A stretch of 55,502 nucleotides of DNA from an uncultured Desulfobacterales bacterium (lineage in GTDB: Bacteria; Desulfobacterota; DSM-4660; Desulfatiglandales; HGW-15): assembly GCA_964413125.1 (NCBI GenBank), contig CAYPSZ010000374.1, positions 1-55,502 of the forward strand. The letters run 5' to 3'. The translations under genes and the position numbers were made by a program. This document shows, piece after piece, positions 51,560 through 55,502 of the stretch. Within the stretch, counting starts at the first letter, position 1, and each line of letters begins with the position of its first letter. The notes under the pieces are model-generated. The model searched no databases. It had not been told where the DNA came from and worked only from the letters and a program-made list of their open reading frames with translations.

Positions 51560-52656
51560 AAGTCGAGGCATCACCATTCGAGAGCTTCGATCCCGTCACG
51601 TCTTCAAGGGACGCCCGGTCCGCAGCGAATTATGAACACACCGACCTCAAAGGGCTGAGCGGAAAGGAAACCGAGCAGTGGTGTGAAGCCTTGGGGCTGC
51701 CTGCCTACCGCGGACGCCAGATTCGCCGGTGGTTCTTCAAGAAGCTGGCTTCTTCCTTCGACGAGATGACGAATCTGCCCAAGGATCTTCGACACGAACT
51801 CACCCGGCTTGCTGCGGCCGGCGGCCTCGAGAGAGCTGAAACCATTACCTCCCGGGATGGAACCCAAAAGACACGTTTTCGCCTTCAAGACGGCTACAGC
51901 ATCGAGTCAGTTCTCATCCCGGAGCGGGGACACTTCACCTTATGCATATCCTCCCAGGCCGGCTGTGCCATGGGGTGCCGTTTCTGCGTCACAGGACGCC
52001 GGGGCTTTAGGCGGGACCTCGCCGCCGGGGAAATCCTGGATCAGGTGATTCAGGTACGTCGAGCCATGCCTGACCCTACGCGACTTACGAATATTGTGTT
52101 CATGGGAATGGGTGAGCCTTTGGCCAACTACGAGTCCGTTGTCCGTGCAATTCGCAACCTGACAGCCGGTGATGGTCTTAACTTCTCCCATCGCAAGGTG
52201 ACCTTGTCCACCTGCGGGCTGTTACCCGTGATGAAGCGACTGGGCCGTGACGTGAATGTGAATCTGGCCGTCAGCCTTAATGCAGCGGATGAGAACACCC
52301 GCACGTTCCTTATGCCCGTAAACCGAACCTATTCACTAGGGGACCTAATCGAGGCTTGCCGTATGTTCCCCCTCCCCAATCGCAGAATGATCACCTTCGA
52401 GTATATCCTGATAAAAGATGTAAACGACGCAGATGAGGACGCACTCAACTTGGCGCGCCTGCTTAGCGGTCTCAAGGCCAAGATTAATCTGATCCCCCTG
52501 AATCCTCATCCGGACCTTGATCTAGCCCCATCCGCTCCGGATCGCATCCAGTCGTTCCAAGAGCTGTTGATCCGGAGAAACTTCACGGCGATAATCCGAA
52601 AGAGCAAGGGGTGGGATATCTCAGCCGCCTGCGGGCAGTTGAGCGCCGAGGGATGA
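51556..52656 (+). CDS. rlmN: 23S rRNA/tRNA adenine-C2 methyltransferase RlmN (radical SAM)
   Basis: Contains LPAYRGRQIRRWFF, radical-SAM motif CAMGCRFCVTG, and C-terminal ISAACGQL. The GTG start overlaps the upstream stop (GTGA). Confidence 0.9.
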   Translation: MKVEASPFESFDPVTSSRDARSAANYEHTDLKGLSGKETEQWCEALGLPAYRGRQIRRWFFKKLASSFDEMTNLPKDLRHELTRLAAAGGLERAETITSRDGTQKTRFRLQDGYSIESVLIPERGHFTLCISSQAGCAMGCRFCVTGRRGFRRDLAAGEILDQVIQVRRAMPDPTRLTNIVFMGMGEPLANYESVVRAIRNLTAGDGLNFSHRKVTLSTCGLLPVMKRLGRDVNVNLAVSLNAADENTRTFLMPVNRTYSLGDLIEACRMFPLPNRRMITFEYILIKDVNDADEDALNLARLLSGLKAKINLIPLNPHPDLDLAPSAPDRIQSFQELLIRRNFTAIIRKSKGWDISAACGQLSAEG

Positions 52657-52719
52657 ATTTGTTTTCACTCTATTGAATGATGTGTTATTATTATGTGTTC
52701 AGTTTTAGGAGGTTTTAGT

Positions 52720-53100
52720 ATGGTTGAACTTGACTTCAAAAAGGGGAGCGGCCTCCTCCCTGCCATCGTCCAGGACCACGAAAGCGGCCGCGTGCTCATG
52801 CTTGCATACATCAACGAACAATCCTGGCACAAGACCCTTGCCACCGGTGAGGCTCATTACTGGAGCCGCTCGCGAAATGAACTCTGGCATAAGGGCGGCA
52901 CCTCAGGAAACGTCCAGAAGTTGCGTGACGTCTTCGTGGACTGCGACAATGATACGGTCCTTTTTCAGGTTGAGCAAGTGGGCGGAGCAGCCTGTCATAC
53001 CGGACATGAAAGCTGTTTTTTTAGAAATGTCTCCAGAGATGGAAGCGTCACCATTGTTGGAGAACCCAAATTCGATCCAAAGAAGGTATATGGAAAATGA
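52720..53100 (+). CDS. hisI: Phosphoribosyl-AMP cyclohydrolase HisI
   Basis: 126 aa with [25 protein letters not shown]...[18 protein letters not shown]...[37 protein letters not shown] lies 7 nt upstream. Confidence 0.93.
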   Translation: MVELDFKKGSGLLPAIVQDHESGRVLMLAYINEQSWHKTLATGEAHYWSRSRNELWHKGGTSGNVQKLRDVFVDCDNDTVLFQVEQVGGAACHTGHESCFFRNVSRDGSVTIVGEPKFDPKKVYGK

Positions 53101-53969
53101 ACAAGCTGAAGTTTGGAATCCCCAAAGGAAGCCTCCAAAAGGCCACAATCCATCTGTTCGAGAAATCCGGTTGGCGGATCAATGTCAATGATCGGAGCTA
53201 TTTCCCCGACATCAACGATGAAACCATCGATTGCAGCATATGCCGGGCGCAGGAGATGTCCAGGTATGTTGAAAGTGGCGCCATAGATGCGGGGCTTACC
53301 GGGAAGGACTGGATAGAGGAAAACGGATCCAATGTAAGGGTCGTAGACGACCTTGTGTACTCAAAAGTCAGCCAGAACCCTGCACGTTGGGTCCTTGCCG
53401 TACCCAAAGACTCCCCGATCAACCGATTGGAAGACCTGGAAGGGTGTAAAATATCTACGGAACTCGTCAACTACACCAAGAGGTACTTTGACGAACGGGG
53501 AATCAATGTGCAGGTGGAGTTTTCATGGGGCGCCACCGAAGCCAAGGTGGTTTCAGGACTGGCGGACGCCGTGGTGGAAGTTACCGAGACGGGTAGCACC
53601 ATTCGTGCTCACGGCCTCAAGATCATCCACGAGTTCATGAAAAGCAACACCCAGCTCATCGCCAACCATGTGTCCTACGAGGACCCCTGGAAGCGGGATA
53701 AAATCAGCCGGATCATTCTGCTCCTCAGAGGAGCGTTGCGTGCCGAAAACATGGTGGGGCTCAAGATGAATGTCCCCAAAGAACTGCTCAATAAGGTAGT
53801 TAAGCTTCTTCCGAGCCTGCACGCCCCTACTGTGGCGCACCTTCACGAACAACCCTGGCTGAGCGTAGAGACGGTCGTGGAATCCCGCAGGGTCCGGGAC
53901 CTAATCCCAGAGCTTATGAAGGCCGGAGCTGAAGGGATAATAGAATATCCTCTTAACAAGGTCATTTAA
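53097..53969 (+). CDS. hisG: ATP phosphoribosyltransferase HisG (long form)
   Basis: 290 aa with [22 protein letters not shown] and [17 protein letters not shown], plus a C-terminal regulatory domain. Confidence 0.93.
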   Translation: MNKLKFGIPKGSLQKATIHLFEKSGWRINVNDRSYFPDINDETIDCSICRAQEMSRYVESGAIDAGLTGKDWIEENGSNVRVVDDLVYSKVSQNPARWVLAVPKDSPINRLEDLEGCKISTELVNYTKRYFDERGINVQVEFSWGATEAKVVSGLADAVVEVTETGSTIRAHGLKIIHEFMKSNTQLIANHVSYEDPWKRDKISRIILLLRGALRAENMVGLKMNVPKELLNKVVKLLPSLHAPTVAHLHEQPWLSVETVVESRRVRDLIPELMKAGAEGIIEYPLNKVI

Positions 53970-53979
53970 GGAAGACACC

Positions 53980-55125
53980 ATGCACGGCATCGCGGATCGA
54001 GCCGACCTCATCAAACCGTTCATTGTAATGGAGGTGCTTGAACGAGCCCATGAACTTGAGAGGTCCGGCAGGAACATCATTCACCTTGAAATAGGAGAGC
54101 CCGACTTTGACACGCCTGAGTGTATCCGTCTTGCAGCTGAAGAGGCTCTGCGGGAAGGATGCACCCACTATACCCACAGTCAAGGCATCATTGAACTTCG
54201 CGAGGCCATCAGCCTCCATTACCATGAAACCTACGGTGTGGAAATAGACCCCGAACGATTGATCGTTACGTCGGGGACTTCCCCCGCCCTCTTCATGGTG
54301 TTCTCGGCCCTGCTGAACCCGGGTGATGAAATCATAATTTCCAATCCCCACTATCCCTGTTATCCCAATTTCGCCCGGTTTCTGGGGGCGAGGCCCGCCT
54401 TTGTGGACGTATACGAGGAAGACGGATTTCAGTATCGTCCCGAGGACATCATGAGCCGAATCACTTCCAGGACGGGCGCCGTTCTTATCAACTCCCCCTC
54501 AAACCCGACGGGCAGCCTACTGTCTTCCTCGCGAATGGAAGTCATTGCAGGCTTGGGCGTTCCCGTGATTTCAGATGAGATCTATCACGGTCTGGTCTAC
54601 GGGAAAAAAGAGCATACCATTCTGGAGTACACTGACGAGGCCTTTGTACTTAACGGATTCTCCAAGGCCTATGCCATGACAGGTTGGCGTCTGGGCTACA
54701 TAATAGCACCTACAAGGTTTGTCCGGCCCCTGCAGAAGATTCAACAGAACCTCTTCATCTCCGCCGGAAGCGTCAGCCAGTGGGCCGGAATTTCGGCATT
54801 GACCGAAGCCGGCGCCGATGTGAAACGTATGCGCGCGATTTACGACGAGCGGCGCGTTGCAATGGTACGAAGGCTAAGGGCGATGGGTTTCGGCCTGCCC
54901 GTGGAACCGGTTGGAGCGTTTTACATCCTGGTGAACGCCGGACACCTGTCCAATAGCTCTTTTGATCTGGCCTTTGAGCTCCTTGAAAAAGCGGGCGTAG
55001 GGGTGGCACCGGGCATAGATTTTGGAAGCAACGCCGAAGGGTACCTCCGATTCAGTTACGCAAACTCCCTGGACAACATTCACGAAGGGCTGGACCGTAT
55101 TGAAGCGTTTCTCAAGGAACGCTGA
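53980..55125 (+). CDS. Class I/II PLP-dependent aminotransferase (aspartate-aminotransferase-like)
   Basis: 381 aa with INSPSNPTG and the PLP-Lys motif NGFSKAYAMTGWRLGY. Confidence 0.9.
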   Translation: MHGIADRADLIKPFIVMEVLERAHELERSGRNIIHLEIGEPDFDTPECIRLAAEEALREGCTHYTHSQGIIELREAISLHYHETYGVEIDPERLIVTSGTSPALFMVFSALLNPGDEIIISNPHYPCYPNFARFLGARPAFVDVYEEDGFQYRPEDIMSRITSRTGAVLINSPSNPTGSLLSSSRMEVIAGLGVPVISDEIYHGLVYGKKEHTILEYTDEAFVLNGFSKAYAMTGWRLGYIIAPTRFVRPLQKIQQNLFISAGSVSQWAGISALTEAGADVKRMRAIYDERRVAMVRRLRAMGFGLPVEPVGAFYILVNAGHLSNSSFDLAFELLEKAGVGVAPGIDFGSNAEGYLRFSYANSLDNIHEGLDRIEAFLKER

Positions 55126-55128
55126 TAC

Positions 55129-55502
55129 ATGAATGTAACTTTCATCAAGAGCGCCTTCAGGCCTGACCAGTATCCCCCTGCCGGCCCGCCCGAGGTGGCG
55201 TTCGCCGGCCGATCCAATGTGGGCAAGTCCTCCCTCATCAACGTCCTCGTCAATCGCCGGAATCTGGCCAGAACCGGGTCGACCCCGGGACGTACCCAGG
55301 CCATCAACTTCTTTTCCGTCAGCAACTTCCTAAACCTGGTGGACCTCCCGGGATATGGCTTCGCCAAGGTGCCGCCCCGGGTCCGGGCGGCATGGAAACC
55401 CATGATTGAAAACTACTTCAGCCACAGGGGATCACTTCGCGCCGTGGTGGCGATCCTTGATATTCGAAGGGAGCCTTCCCAAGGGGATCTGGACCTTCTT
55501 GG
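55129..55502 (+). CDS. engB: Ribosome-biogenesis GTPase EngB/YihA (3'-truncated by the window end)
   Basis: Translated by eye from ATG 55129: [62 protein letters not shown]...[11 protein letters not shown]. It is absent from the ORF track because there is no stop in the window. Confidence 0.88.
   Translation, partial: MNVTFIKSAFRPDQYPPAGPPEVAFAGRSNVGKSSLINVLVNRRNLARTGSTPGRTQAINFFSVSNFLNLVDLPGYGFAKVPPRVRAAWKPMIENYFSHRGSLRAVVAILDIRREPSQGDLDLL

Noticed and set aside
52677-52718. A 13-codon uORF ([13 protein letters not shown]) ending 1 nt before hisI, a possible attenuation leader.
   Set aside because: It contains no His codons, and I found no terminator/antiterminator alternative hairpins. 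The Tyr triplet does not fit his regulation. An AT-rich spacer is the more likely explanation.

Overview
This 55.5-kb window has fairly high GC. The gene content and order suggest a Desulfobacterota (deltaproteobacterial) anaerobe, but that taxonomic call is only an inference. About the first 37 kb is one co-directional (+) flagellar supercluster in the Bacillus/spirochaete-like fla order: flgB-flgC-fliE-fliF-fliG-fliH-fliI-fliJ-motE/ylxF-like-fliK-flgD-flgE-motA-fliL-fliM-fliN-fliO-fliP-fliQ-fliR-flhB-flhA-flhF-flhG-fliA. Four poorly characterised genes follow, then flgF-flgG-flgA-flgH-flgI-flgJ(M23 fusion)-flgN-like-flgK-flgL-csrA-fliW and a sigma54-dependent response regulator. Next comes a small regulatory island: cheR (-), a sigma28 promoter driving a small ORF plus flgM, an orphan sigma70-like promoter, and a YcgR-like PilZ gene (-). 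A DUF368/DUF4301 pair (-) follows. The rest is housekeeping: xseA-xseB-ispA-dxs-tlyA, a PxxKW Cys-rich gene (-), icd, an archaeal-type ThyA-like gene, rlmN, hisI-hisG, an aminotransferase and partial engB. I read six sigma54-type promoters (GG-N10-GC) and one strong sigma28 promoter directly from the sequence. The window contains no flagellin, fliD/fliS, motB, che kinase, tRNA/rRNA, CRISPR, transposase or recognisable defence system. The most unusual material concerns the export-specificity switch. fliK is 858 aa with a recent 240-nt in-frame tandem duplication, flhB reads NPVR where NPTH is expected, and a second FliK-like gene is translationally coupled to a stand-alone FlhB-C-like gene. Other oddities are motA without motB, shared C-rich phased boxes upstream of sigma54 promoters, and a promoter with no convincing ORF. 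All functional calls come from motif recognition by eye; no database search was run.
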